Assembly: GCA_963816615.1 (NCBI GenBank)
Contig: CAWFLB010000002.1
Location: 23,557-87,556 of the forward strand
Length of the DNA: 64,000 bases
Direction: 5' to 3'
Source: an uncultured beta proteobacterium
GTDB taxonomy: Bacteria; Pseudomonadota; Gammaproteobacteria; Burkholderiales; Casimicrobiaceae
The notes under the pieces were generated by a model. The model worked only from the letters and a program-made list of their open reading frames with translations, had not been told where the DNA came from and did not search any database. Positions within the stretch are counted from its first letter, which is position 1, and every line of letters begins with the position of its first letter. Positions 22,380 to 31,658 of this stretch are shown here, piece by piece. The position numbers were made by a program, and so were the translations under genes.

Positions 22380-22979
22380 TTAGTCCGCGTGCCGGAAGCG
22401 ATAGATCGCCAACGATCCGAACAGGTTGGGCAGCAGGCTCACGCGCCGCGCGTCGTGCAGCACCACGCGCTCGAGTACGTCGAAGCGGCGCGCCGCGCAG
22501 AAGGCATCGAAATCGGCCACCGTGCAAAGGTGGATGTTCGGCGTGTCGTACCACTGGTAGGGCAGGTTCTTCGACACCGGCATGCGTCCTCCCAGCACCT
22601 GCAGACGATGCGACCAATGGCCGAAATTCGGGAAGGTGACGATCGCCTCGCGGCCGACCCGCAGCATCTCGAGCACGATTTGTTCGGTGTGCCGCATCGC
22701 CTGCAAGGTCTGCGACAGGATCACGCTGTCGAACGACCGGCTGTCGAATCCGGCGAGCCCGCTCTCCAGGTCGCTCTGGATGACGTTGACGCCGTTTCCG
22801 ATCGATGCCAGCACGCCGGCGTCGTCGATTTCGATGCCGTAGCCGAACGCGCCACGCGATTCGCGCAGGTAGGCGAGCAGGCTGCCGTCGCCGCAGCCCA
22901 GGTCGAGCACGCGTGCATTCGCGCCGATCCAGCCGGCGATCGTCGAAAAGTCGGCGCGGGTGGAATAGCTCGGACTCAA
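22380..22979 (-). CDS. metW: Methionine biosynthesis protein MetW
   Basis: 199 aa from a TTG preceded by GAGGAA. Contains [12 protein letters not shown], and the NIHLCT region resembles Pseudomonas MetW. The TTG overlaps the metX TGA (TTGA). Confidence 0.85.
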   Translation of the reverse strand: MSPSYSTRADFSTIAGWIGANARVLDLGCGDGSLLAYLRESRGAFGYGIEIDDAGVLASIGNGVNVIQSDLESGLAGFDSRSFDSVILSQTLQAMRHTEQIVLEMLRVGREAIVTFPNFGHWSHRLQVLGGRMPVSKNLPYQWYDTPNIHLCTVADFDAFCAARRFDVLERVVLHDARRVSLLPNLFGSLAIYRFRHAD

Positions 22980-24137
22980 GCCGATTCCTCTTCCGCCGCG
23001 CGCGCGAGATAGGCGCGCACGATCGCGTGATACTGCGGCGTGTCGAGCAGGAAGGCGTCGTGCCCGTGCGGTGCGACGATCTCGGCATAGCAGACGTCGC
23101 GCCGGTTGTCGACCAACGCCTTGACGATCTCTCGCGAGCGCGCGGGAGAGAAACGCCAGTCGGTGGTGAATGCGATCACCAGGAAGCGGCAGCGCGCCGT
23201 CGAAAGCGCCTGCGCCAGGTCGCCTCCGGTCGCCGACGCCGGATCGAAATAGTCGAGCGCCTTGGTGATCCCCAGATAGGTGTTGGCGTCGAAGTACTCG
23301 GCGAACTTCTCTCCCTGGTAGCGCAGGTACGATTCGATCTCGAACTCGGGCGCAAACGAGATAGTTGAGGCCTTCGCGCAGCTGCCGCCCGAAACGCTCG
23401 CCCATCTGTTCGTCGGAGATGTAGGTGATGTGCCCGACCATCCGCGCGACGCGCAAGCCGCGCAGCGGCTTGACGCCGTGATCGTAGTAGTGGCCGGCAT
23501 GGAAGTCGGGGTCGGTCATGATCGCGGCACGCGCGACTTCGTTGAACGCGATGTTCTGCGCCGAAAGGTTCGGCGCCGCGGCGATCACCAGCGCGCGTCC
23601 GAGCCGCTGCGGATAGCGGATCGCCCAGGCGAGCGCCTGCATGCCGCCGAGACTGCCGCCCATCACTGCGGCGAAGCGCGCGATGCCCAGCCGGTCGGCG
23701 AGCCGCGCCTGCGCGTCGACCCAGTCCTCGACGGTGACCATCGGAAAATCGGCGCCCCAGGGCTTAGCCGTAGCCGGATTGATCGAGGCGGGACCGGTCG
23801 AGCCGAAGCAGCTGCCGAGGTTGTTGACGCCGACGACGAAAAAACGCTCGGTATCAACCGGCTTGCCTGGGCCGACCATGTTGTCCCACCAGCCCTCGCT
23901 GTCTCTCTGGCCGGCGTGGACGCCGGCGACATGGTGCGAAGCGTTCAGCGCGTGGCAGACGAGAATCGCATTCGAGCGCGCGGCGTTGAGGGTGCCATAG
24001 GTTTCGTAGACGAGCTCGAATGCCGGCAGCGACGCGCCGGAGCGCAACGCAAGCGGCGCGTCGAAGGCCGCCAGCTGCGGCGTGACCACGCCCACCGATG
24101 TCGGAGATCGAGTCAAAGTAGAGGCGCTGCTCGTCAC
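22976..24137 (-). pseudogene. metX: Homoserine O-acyltransferase MetX, one frame change near 23,360
   Basis: The N-terminal ~270 aa ([13 protein letters not shown]...[12 protein letters not shown]) sit in one frame. The C-terminal 174 aa ([18 protein letters not shown]...[10 protein letters not shown]) sit in the next. The junction AACTATCTCGTTT reads N-Y-S-F once one base is removed. Start is uncertain (candidates GTG 24137, TTG 24116, GTG 24098). Confidence 0.8.
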
Positions 24138-24153
24138 GCGGCGAATTCCAGGC

Positions 24154-24187
24154 AATAAAAAACCCGACCAGCTTGGCGCCAATCGGG
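24154..24187 (-). terminator. Intrinsic terminator-like hairpin in the metX leader (possible attenuator)
   Basis: Minus strand reads CCCGAUUGGC-GCCAA-GCUGGUCGGG (10 bp including 3 G-U pairs) followed by UUUUUUAUU. It ends 17 nt or more upstream of the candidate metX start codons. Confidence 0.4.
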
Positions 24188-24310
24188 GCGGAATTCCGTC
24201 GCCGCTTTAGCCGTATTTGTTACGGATGCCTGGACAAGGCTTCCGTTGCGCCCGCAAGCTGATCGTCAAATCGGCGCGTGGGTTCTAGTCTAGCGCCGCG
24301 TGGGCGAATG

Positions 24311-26044
24311 TCAATCGTTGAGCTTCTCGAGCAATGCCGCGACCTTCACCGGCTCCTCGCCGCGCAACAGCCGCCTGACCAGCGGCCGGACCTCGCCGAC
24401 GTCGGTCATCAGCACGCGCTGCTTGACCGCCAGAAGGTGCGCCGGATGCATCGAAAAGTTGCGCAGGCCCATGCCGAGCAGCAGCCGCGTCAGGCGAGTC
24501 TCGCCGGCCATTTCGCCGCAGACGGCGATGGGCACGTTCACTTTGTCCGCGGTCGCGATCGCGATCGCGATCAGCTTGAGCACCGCCGGATGCAACGGAT
24601 CGTAGAGATGCGACACCGCTTCGTCGGCCCGATCGACCGCGAGCGTGTACTGGATCAGGTCGTTGGTTCCGATCGACAGGAAATCCAGCCGGCGCGCAAA
24701 GGGCTCGATCGTCAGCACCGCGGCTGGAATTTCGATCATCCCGCCGATCTCGATCGACGGATTGAACGGCACCCCTCGCTCCAACAGCGTGCCTTTGGCT
24801 TGCGCGAGCAGCGCCAGCGTCTGATCGATCTCGCCGGTCGAGGCAAGCATCGGAAGCAATATCCGCACATTGCCGTAGTGCGACGCGCGCAGAATCGCCC
24901 GGAGCTGCGTCAAAAACAGCCGCGGCTCGGCAAGGCAAAAACGCACCGCGCGCAACCCCAGCGCCGGATTGGGCGCGACCCGGACCAGGCCGTCGAGACC
25001 TTCCTTGTGCTTGTCCGCGCCCAGATCGAACGTGCGGATGACGACCGGCTTGCCGCGCATGCCGGCGGCGACCTGCCGGTACGCCTCGAATTGCTCGTCT
25101 TCCGAAGGCAATCCTTGCCGGTTGAGAAACAGGAACTCGCTGCGGAAGAGCCCGATGCCTCCGGCGCCGTTGTCCAGCACCTGATCCAGATCGTCGGGCA
25201 GCTCGATATTGGCGAACAGCTCGATCTCCGTGCCGTCGAGCGTCGTCGCGCGCGTCGTCTTGAGCCGCTTCAGCTTCTTGCGTACAAGCTCGAGCTCGCC
25301 CTGCTTCAGCCGGTACTCGGCAAGCACCGCCCGATCGGGGTTGACGATGACGACGTTCTTGGCGCCGTCGACGATCAGCAGCTCGTGCTCGCGGATCAGC
25401 CCGCGCGCGTTGTGCGTCGCCACGACCGCCGGAACGTTGAGACTTCGCGCGACGATCGCGGTATGCGAGCTCGCGCCGCCCAGATCGGTCAGGAACGCGG
25501 CGAAATGGTGGCTCTTGAACTGTATGACGTCTGCCGGCGACAGATCGTGGGCGACCAGGATCGTCTGGTCCTCCGCGCTGGCCGCGGGGACGCCGCCGCG
25601 CTTGCCGAGAAGCACCTTGAGGACGCGCTCGACGACCTGCACGACATCGGCCTTGCGCTCGCGAAGATACGGGTCCTCTATCGACTCGAACTGCTCGACC
25701 AGCACATTCATCTGCTGCGTCAGCGCCCATTCGGCGTTGCACAGCTGGTCGGCGATCATCCGTTTCGGCGCCTCGGAAAGCGTCGGATCGGTGAGGATCA
25801 TCCAGTGGACGTCGAGGAAGGCGCCGAACTCGGCCGGGGCGTCGCCCGAGGTCATCGCGCCGTGCAGCGCCTCGAGCTCCTTCTGGACCGCCCGCAGCGC
25901 CATCGTCAGCCGGTCGATCTCGGCCGGGACCTGCTCCGGACGTATTCCGTAGTGCGCGACTTCCAGCGTCGCGTGCGAAACCAGCTGCGCCCGGCCGATG
26001 GCGACTCCGCCCGAGACGCCGATACCGTGCAGGACGAAGCTCAC
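24311..26044 (-). CDS. ptsI: Phosphoenolpyruvate-protein phosphotransferase (PTS enzyme I)
   Basis: 577 aa with the phospho-His region GGASSHTAIVARSLNVPAVV and a C-terminal PEP-utilising domain. Confidence 0.9.
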   Translation of the reverse strand: MSFVLHGIGVSGGVAIGRAQLVSHATLEVAHYGIRPEQVPAEIDRLTMALRAVQKELEALHGAMTSGDAPAEFGAFLDVHWMILTDPTLSEAPKRMIADQLCNAEWALTQQMNVLVEQFESIEDPYLRERKADVVQVVERVLKVLLGKRGGVPAASAEDQTILVAHDLSPADVIQFKSHHFAAFLTDLGGASSHTAIVARSLNVPAVVATHNARGLIREHELLIVDGAKNVVIVNPDRAVLAEYRLKQGELELVRKKLKRLKTTRATTLDGTEIELFANIELPDDLDQVLDNGAGGIGLFRSEFLFLNRQGLPSEDEQFEAYRQVAAGMRGKPVVIRTFDLGADKHKEGLDGLVRVAPNPALGLRAVRFCLAEPRLFLTQLRAILRASHYGNVRILLPMLASTGEIDQTLALLAQAKGTLLERGVPFNPSIEIGGMIEIPAAVLTIEPFARRLDFLSIGTNDLIQYTLAVDRADEAVSHLYDPLHPAVLKLIAIAIATADKVNVPIAVCGEMAGETRLTRLLLGMGLRNFSMHPAHLLAVKQRVLMTDVGEVRPLVRRLLRGEEPVKVAALLEKLND

Positions 26045-26060
26045 CGGCGGGGCCGCCGGG

Positions 26061-26330
26061 TCAATGCGTCTCGCCGAACCCCTCGCCGATCAGCTGCACC
26101 ATCGCGACCATCGCCGCGGCCTCGTCGGGCCCGCTCGTTTCCAGCGTGATCGTGCTGCCCACGCTGGCCGCCAGCATCATGACCGCGACCATGCTCCTCG
26201 CGCTCGCACGCCGGCCATTGACGATCAGCCAGACGCTGCAGCGGAATTGCGAAGCCAGACGCACAATCTGTGCCGCCGCGCGTGCGTGGAGACCCAAGCG
26301 GTTGGTGATGCCGATATCGAGAGTTTGCAT
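26061..26330 (-). CDS. HPr family phosphocarrier protein (second, diverged paralog)
   Basis: 89 aa from the internal ATG. His15 context LGLHARA and Ser46 context ARSMVAVMML are retained. The stop lies 17 nt from the ptsI start. Confidence 0.8.
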   Translation of the reverse strand: MQTLDIGITNRLGLHARAAAQIVRLASQFRCSVWLIVNGRRASARSMVAVMMLAASVGSTITLETSGPDEAAAMVAMVQLIGEGFGETH

Positions 26331-26492
26331 GATCGAGTCGCCCGTCGCAGTTGAGGTGTGAGCCTGCGCGCCTGGCTGCAGCCGGACGGCGCGCCTCATC
26401 ATTGAGCCTGCGTCGCGAGCTTTGGTTCCGCGAAATATGCGACGACATGTGTCGGCTATCGGCGACGCTCGGTTGCGCGCATGGTCCGATCA

Positions 26493-26762
26493 CTATTGTC
26501 CTTCGCCGAAATAATCTCCGATCAGCGCGCTGATTGCGTCGAGCGCCTCGGTCTCGTCGGGACCGTCGGTCTCGAGCACGACGCGCGCGCCCTTGCCCGC
26601 CGCCAGCATCATCACGCCCATGATGCTCTTGGCATTGATCTTGCGACCGTTGCGCGCCAGCGATACATCGCATTGATATTTCGCCGCAAGTTGCGTCAGC
26701 TTGGCCGACGCGCGGGCGTGCAGGCCCAGCTTGTTGAGAATCTCAATTTCGCGTTGCTGCAT
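26493..26762 (-). CDS. ptsH: HPr phosphocarrier protein
   Basis: 89 aa with LGLHARASAKL (His15) and NAKSIMGVMML (Ser46). Close to the betaproteobacterial HPr sequences I remember. Confidence 0.85.
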   Translation of the reverse strand: MQQREIEILNKLGLHARASAKLTQLAAKYQCDVSLARNGRKINAKSIMGVMMLAAGKGARVVLETDGPDETEALDAISALIGDYFGEGQ

Positions 26763-27156
26763 AGATCGGGTCCACCTCGACGCGTACGACGCCGTCGCAG
26801 CCGCCGCTGATCGCCTTCTTGATCATCGTATCCATGCCCTTGTTGCGGTAGGTGAAGGCGCGCACCAGCATCGGCAGGTTCACGCCGGCGACGGCCTCGA
26901 CCCGTCCCGGCTGCAGCAGCTTGATCGCAAGGTTGCACGGGGAGGCGCCGTAGATGTCGGAAAAGATCAGCACGCCGTCGCCGCTGTCGAGCGACTTGAC
27001 GACTTCGCGTGCGCGCGGCAGCAGCGCCAGCGGGTCGTCGGCGGCGGCTACGCGCATGCCCTCGAACTGCGGCGGGCGGCTGCCGAGGACATGGGTCACC
27101 GCGCCGATCAGGCTGTCGCTCAAGGTGCCGTGGGCCACGATGAGGATGCCGATCAT
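26743..27156 (-). CDS. ptsM: PTS EIIA component, mannose/fructose family (PtsM-like)
   Basis: 137 aa from an ATG preceded by GGGGAGAG. N-terminal MIGILIVAHG (active-site His). No EIIB, EIIC or EIID genes nearby. Confidence 0.8.
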   Translation of the reverse strand: MIGILIVAHGTLSDSLIGAVTHVLGSRPPQFEGMRVAAADDPLALLPRAREVVKSLDSGDGVLIFSDIYGASPCNLAIKLLQPGRVEAVAGVNLPMLVRAFTYRNKGMDTMIKKAISGGCDGVVRVEVDPIYAATRN

Positions 27157-27296
27157 GGTGTTCTCTCCCCGGCGAGCCGCTTGCTGAGTCCGTTCCGCAG
27201 CATTTGTCATTGAACCGTCAGGCGACGTCCCTCGCCCGCGCGGTTGGCTTTATCTTAGCACGCACCGCTATGGACGAGCCTGCGCCTGGCCGCGCA

Positions 27297-28244
27297 TCAG
27301 CGCGCGCCGACGCTCTTTTCCAGCGCCTGCGCAAATGCGTCGGCCACGTCGAAGCCGGTCTGCTGGGTGATCTCGACAAAGCCGGTGGGACTGGTGACAT
27401 TGACCTCGGTCAAGTAATCGCCGATGACGTCGAGCCCGATGACGAAAAGGCCCTTCGGGGCGAGCGTGCGTCCGACCGCCAGGGCAATTTCACGATCGCG
27501 CGTGCTCAAGGGTCGCGCCACCCCGCGGCCCCCGGCCGCGAGGTTGCCGCGAGTTTCGCCTGCCTTGGGAATGCGGGCGAGGGCATGCGCCACCGGCTCG
27601 CCGGCGATCAGAATGATGCGCTTGTCGCCGTCGCTGATCTCGGGGATGAACCGCTGCGCCATGACGCTTCGCGCGCCGAAATGCGCCATCGTCTCGATGA
27701 TGACGTTGCGGTTGACGTCGTCGCGTCGCACGCGAAAGATCGACGATCCGCCCATGCCGTCCAGCGGCTTGAGAATGACGTCGCCGTGTTCGTCGATGAA
27801 GCCGGCGATGAGCTCTGGGTCGCGGGTGACCAGCGTCGGCACGGTGAACTGGGGAAACTCGGCGATCGCCCATTTTTCGTTGTGATCGCGAACCGCGCGC
27901 GGCCCGTTGATCACGTACGCCCCTTCGCGTTCGGCAGCCTCGAGCAGATACGTGGAGTAGACATACTCCATGTCGAACGGCGGATCCTTGCGCATCAGCA
28001 CCGCGTCGAACCTGGCCAGCGGACGTATCGACGGCTCCCCTGCGCGATACCAGTCGTGGTCGTCGGCGCGCACCTCGGCGCGTCTGACGCGCGCCTCGGT
28101 GACGCCGCTGCGCCAGAAAAGCTCGTTGGATTCGGCTAGGTAGATCGCATGCCCTCGTGCCTGCAGGGCACGCATCATCGCGACGCTGGTGTCCTTGTAG
28201 GCCTTCAGCCCCTCGGGCGGATCGATGATGAACGCGAATTCCAT
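27297..28244 (-). CDS. gshB: Glutathione synthetase
   Basis: 315 aa from the internal ATG (MEFAFIIDP...). ATP-grasp motifs are present (KPLDGMGGSSIF, GDKRIILIAGEPV). Confidence 0.9.
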   Translation of the reverse strand: MEFAFIIDPPEGLKAYKDTSVAMMRALQARGHAIYLAESNELFWRSGVTEARVRRAEVRADDHDWYRAGEPSIRPLARFDAVLMRKDPPFDMEYVYSTYLLEAAEREGAYVINGPRAVRDHNEKWAIAEFPQFTVPTLVTRDPELIAGFIDEHGDVILKPLDGMGGSSIFRVRRDDVNRNVIIETMAHFGARSVMAQRFIPEISDGDKRIILIAGEPVAHALARIPKAGETRGNLAAGGRGVARPLSTRDREIALAVGRTLAPKGLFVIGLDVIGDYLTEVNVTSPTGFVEITQQTGFDVADAFAQALEKSVGAR

Positions 28245-28496
28245 CGTCAAGGCGGTGGGTCGGGGGCGCTCATCGTACCGTAAATCAGCAAGCCCCCGAA
28301 GCCATCGGCTGACCGGGTTGTCTCTGCGCCAGGTTCGGCAGATTAGGCACTGAATTGCCTGTTTGCGCGGCCGGTAGTACCCCTTATCATGTTGAAATCT
28401 CACGACAGTGGCGGATCAATCGATGCATAGGTCTCTGTGTGCCTATATGCCGTCCGCAACGGCTGTCCGGACCGCGCCGGCCCCGGGGCACAGGCG

Positions 28497-29201
28497 ATGA
28501 CCAGCCTTTCGGGTGCGATGGCCGAGGCGTGGCGCCTCGTTGCTTCGCTCGACTCCCGTCTGGGCGATATCGTCGCCTTGAGCCTGCAAGTAAGCCTGAC
28601 TGCCGTCGCCATCGCCAGCGTCGTCGGCCTCCCGCTCGGCGCGCTGATCGCCGTCGGCCGCTTTCCCGCGCGCCGGACGACGATCGTCCTTCTGAATGCG
28701 CTGATGGGGCTGCCGCCGGTGGTGGTCGGGCTGCTGGTCTACCTGCTGCTTTCGCGCGCCGGGCCGCTCGGCGCGCTGGGGCTGTTGTTCACGCCGGCTG
28801 CGATGGTCGTCGCGCAGGCGATCCTGATCACGCCGATCATCGCCGCGTTGACCCGCCAAGTGGTCGAGGACGCGTGGCTCGAATACCGCGAGCAGCTTCG
28901 CTCGCTGGGCGAGACCCGGCTCGGGTCGGTTGCGACATTGCTCTGGGACCTGCGCTTTTCGCTGGTGACGATTGTGCTCGCGGGCTTCGGACGGGCGGCG
29001 GCCGAAGTGGGCGCGGTGATCATTGTCGGCGGCAACATCGACGGGGTCACTCGCGTCATGACGACCGCCATCGCGCTCGAGACCAGCAAAGGCGATCTCG
29101 CGCTGGCGCTCGGGCTGGGCGCCATCCTGGTAGCCATCGTCGTCGCGCTGAACGCGGCGGCATACCTGGTCAAGGAAACCGCGCAACGACGCTACGGGTA
29201 A
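28497..29201 (+). CDS. tupB: ABC transporter permease, tungstate-type (TupB-like)
   Basis: 234-aa polytopic protein of the binding-protein-dependent permease type. Translationally coupled (TAATG) to the ATPase gene and clustered with a TupA-like binding protein. Confidence 0.7.
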   Translation: MTSLSGAMAEAWRLVASLDSRLGDIVALSLQVSLTAVAIASVVGLPLGALIAVGRFPARRTTIVLLNALMGLPPVVVGLLVYLLLSRAGPLGALGLLFTPAAMVVAQAILITPIIAALTRQVVEDAWLEYREQLRSLGETRLGSVATLLWDLRFSLVTIVLAGFGRAAAEVGAVIIVGGNIDGVTRVMTTAIALETSKGDLALALGLGAILVAIVVALNAAAYLVKETAQRRYG

Positions 29202-29938
29202 TGTCGATGGACATGTCTGCACCGATGTCGCTGCTGCCGTTGCGCCTGAGCCGCGTGACGTTTTCGGCCGGCGGCCAGCACATCGTCGACCACGTATCGC
29301 TGGCCATCGATGCCGGCCCGCGCACGGTGATCGTCGGGCCCAACGGGGCGGGCAAGAGCGTACTGCTGCGCCTGTGCCACGGCTTGCTGACACCGAGTTC
29401 GGGCTCGATCGCCTGGAATTCGGCTGAGTCACCTGGGTCGCCGCGGCGACAGGCGATGGTGTTTCAGCGGCCGGTGCTGCTTCGCCGCTCGGCGCTGGCC
29501 AACGTAGCGCATGCGCTGGGCATCGCCGGCGTTCCGCGGCGAGACCGCGCCGAGCGTGCGCGCGAGGCGTTGTCCAAGGTGGGGCTCGAGCGACTCGCGT
29601 CGCATCCGGCCCGCGTCCTTTCCGGCGGCGAGCAGCAGCGCCTTGCGCTCGCTCGCGCGTGGGCGTTGCAGCCGGAGATCATTTTCCTCGACGAGCCGAC
29701 GGCGAGCCTCGATCCCAGCGCGACCCACGAGGTCGAGAACGTGATCCTGGCGATGGTCGCCGCAGGGACCAAGATCGTGCTGGTCACGCACAACTTCGGT
29801 CAGGCGCGCCGCATGGGTGACGAGATCCTCTTTATGCACCAGGGAAGAATCGCGGAGCGCGCAAGCGCCCAGACGTTTTTCAGGCATCCGCAGTCCGTCG
29901 AAGCGAAACGTTTCCTCGAAGGAGAATTGCCATGGTAA
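29201..29938 (+). CDS. tupC: ABC transporter ATP-binding protein (TupC-like)
   Basis: 245 aa with Walker A GPNGAGKSV, signature LSGGEQQR and Walker B IIFLDEP. Confidence 0.7.
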   Translation: MSMDMSAPMSLLPLRLSRVTFSAGGQHIVDHVSLAIDAGPRTVIVGPNGAGKSVLLRLCHGLLTPSSGSIAWNSAESPGSPRRQAMVFQRPVLLRRSALANVAHALGIAGVPRRDRAERAREALSKVGLERLASHPARVLSGGEQQRLALARAWALQPEIIFLDEPTASLDPSATHEVENVILAMVAAGTKIVLVTHNFGQARRMGDEILFMHQGRIAERASAQTFFRHPQSVEAKRFLEGELPW

Positions 29939-30759
29939 TCACGCGTCGCGTCTGCCTTTTCGTCCTGCTGGCGCTGGCCGCGTTCGCGGCTGGTGCGCAG
30001 GAGCGATTCATCACCGTCGCCTCGACCACTTCGACCGAGCAGTCGGGACTGTTCAGCTACCTGCTGCCGATTTTCGAGAACAAGGCCGGCATCAAGGTCC
30101 ACGTCGTCGCGCTCGGCACCGGGCAGGCGCTCGATGTCGCGCGGCGCGGCGACGCCGACGTAGTTTTCGTGCACGCGCGCTCGGCGGAGGAAAAATTCCT
30201 CGCCGAAGGCGAAGGGGTGAAGCGCTTCCCGGTGATGTACAACGACTTCGTGCTGGTCGGGCCCAATAGCGACCCGGCGAAGATCGGCGGCGGCACGGAC
30301 ATCGTGGCCGCGCTGACCAAGCTGGAGGCAGCGCACGCGCCGTTCGTATCGCGCGGCGATCGCAGCGGAACGCACATCGCGGAGCTGGCGCTGTGGAAAA
30401 CGGCGGGCATCGACATCGACAAACGCAAGGGCGCCTGGTACCGCGATGTCGGGCAAGGCATGGGGCCGGCGCTCAATACGGCGGCGTCGATGAGCGCGTA
30501 CATCCTCGCCGACCGCGGCACGTGGCTCGCATTCAAGAATCGCGGCGACCTGACGATCCTGGTCCAGGGGGACAAGCGCCTGTTCAACCAGTACGGCGTC
30601 ATGCTGGTCAATCCCGTAAAGCATCCGAACGTGAAAAAAGAGCTGGGGCAGCAATTCATCGATTGGCTGGTCTCGCCCGCCGGTCAGACCGCCATCGCCG
30701 GCTACAAGATCAACGGTGAGCAGTTGTTCTATCCGAACGCGAGCGACCACGACGCCTGA
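29932..30759 (+). CDS. tupA: Tungstate ABC transporter substrate-binding protein (TupA-like)
   Basis: 275 aa with a signal peptide. The anion-binding motif VASTTSTEQSGL is characteristic of the TupA family. Confidence 0.75.
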   Translation: MVITRRVCLFVLLALAAFAAGAQERFITVASTTSTEQSGLFSYLLPIFENKAGIKVHVVALGTGQALDVARRGDADVVFVHARSAEEKFLAEGEGVKRFPVMYNDFVLVGPNSDPAKIGGGTDIVAALTKLEAAHAPFVSRGDRSGTHIAELALWKTAGIDIDKRKGAWYRDVGQGMGPALNTAASMSAYILADRGTWLAFKNRGDLTILVQGDKRLFNQYGVMLVNPVKHPNVKKELGQQFIDWLVSPAGQTAIAGYKINGEQLFYPNASDHDA

Positions 30760-30815
30760 GGTCACGTGCAGGATCGCCGTAGTGCCACCTGCCCGCGTAC
30801 GCCGAGCGGCGGCCG

Positions 30816-31343
30816 CTAAGGGTCAAGCACGCGAAGCTCGATTGACTGCAGCCACTTGACGTGGCGCGGCCCCGGTCGTGTGTCCTTCAACGAGACCAGC
30901 GCGAGAGAGCCTTCGTCGGCGGGAAGAGCCGCGCCGTCGCGCTCGTAGACGACCATGACGCCGTCACCGATCGGCGAGAGATAGAGTTCCGCCCAGGAGA
31001 AGACTGCGCGGTAACCGTCGCTGGCCGCCACGACGACGACACTCTTGCGCAAGTCGAGACGCTTCCTCTCGACCGGCTTGGCGCGCTCGAGCACATCCCG
31101 GAGCAGGCATCCGGTGTAGTGCCGCGTGACTTCGGGGACTGTACTTTGACTCCCCGTTGCGCGCACGACACGCACGTCCTCGATTCGCTGCACGGGAAGT
31201 TTCTTGAGATCGTCGATCGACAGGGTGAGTGCGTTCTCGACGTTGCCACGGACCGCCAATGTCGTCGGGCCCGGACCCTGTGCCTGAGCCTCGCCCGCTA
31301 ACGCGGTGGCGACTAGCGCCACGGCGGCAAACCGAGGGGCCAT
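30816..31343 (-). CDS. Small secreted molybdopterin-binding (oxidoreductase Mo-binding domain-like) protein
   Basis: About 175 aa with a signal peptide. Resembles the single-domain proteins annotated as molybdopterin-dependent oxidoreductase. Lies between the tup and mod loci. Confidence 0.6.
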   Translation of the reverse strand: MAPRFAAVALVATALAGEAQAQGPGPTTLAVRGNVENALTLSIDDLKKLPVQRIEDVRVVRATGSQSTVPEVTRHYTGCLLRDVLERAKPVERKRLDLRKSVVVVAASDGYRAVFSWAELYLSPIGDGVMVVYERDGAALPADEGSLALVSLKDTRPGPRHVKWLQSIELRVLDP

Positions 31344-31608
31344 TCGAGCGATGATCGCTGTGGCCATTGCTTCCGTTCAATCGATTGCGACGATCACGTT
31401 GCTCGCCTTGATCAGCGCGTAGGCTCGCTATCCGATCGCGAGGCCCAGTGTGTCCGCGGATACTGTGCTGATCACGGCGACGACGCCGACTCCCGGCGCG
31501 ACTTTTGATTGCTGCGATAGCGCGCCGCAAAGCATGCGGCGTATGGTCGGCGTGGTCAACCCGCCGTCATTTGTCCTCGAGCAAGGCTTGGCGAGCCAAA
31601 TTGTCGAC

Positions 31609-31631
31609 CGTTATATTCCACGGTATATTAC
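31609..31631 (+). promoter_or_regulatory. ModE-type operator candidate upstream of modA
   Basis: CGTTATAT-TCCACGG-TATATTAC matches the TAYAT-N7-TAYAT pattern reported for E. coli ModE sites (from memory). It ends 28 nt before the modA ATG. Confidence 0.45.
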
Positions 31632-31658
31632 TCTCGCGTTTTAGGAATGGGAGAATCC

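Noticed and set aside
24188-24310. A confident SAM-II riboswitch call upstream of metX.
   Set aside because: Only short, loosely similar elements are present. I cannot reproduce the pseudoknot pairing by eye. It is kept only as a hypothesis attached to the terminator finding.
28245-28496. Moco/Tuco riboswitch upstream of tupB, and likewise at 31344-31658 upstream of modA.
   Set aside because: I could not find the conserved Moco-motif elements (CUCCGAGCC-like and GGAAAGG-like blocks, from memory) in either leader. A covariance-model scan would be needed to be sure.
31450-31644. 64-aa ORF in the modA upstream region, and the 196-aa ORF 9286-9876 (+) opposite the gene fragment.
   Set aside because: Neither has an RBS or recognisable protein features. 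They overlap regulatory or opposite-strand coding sequence and are probably chance ORFs.
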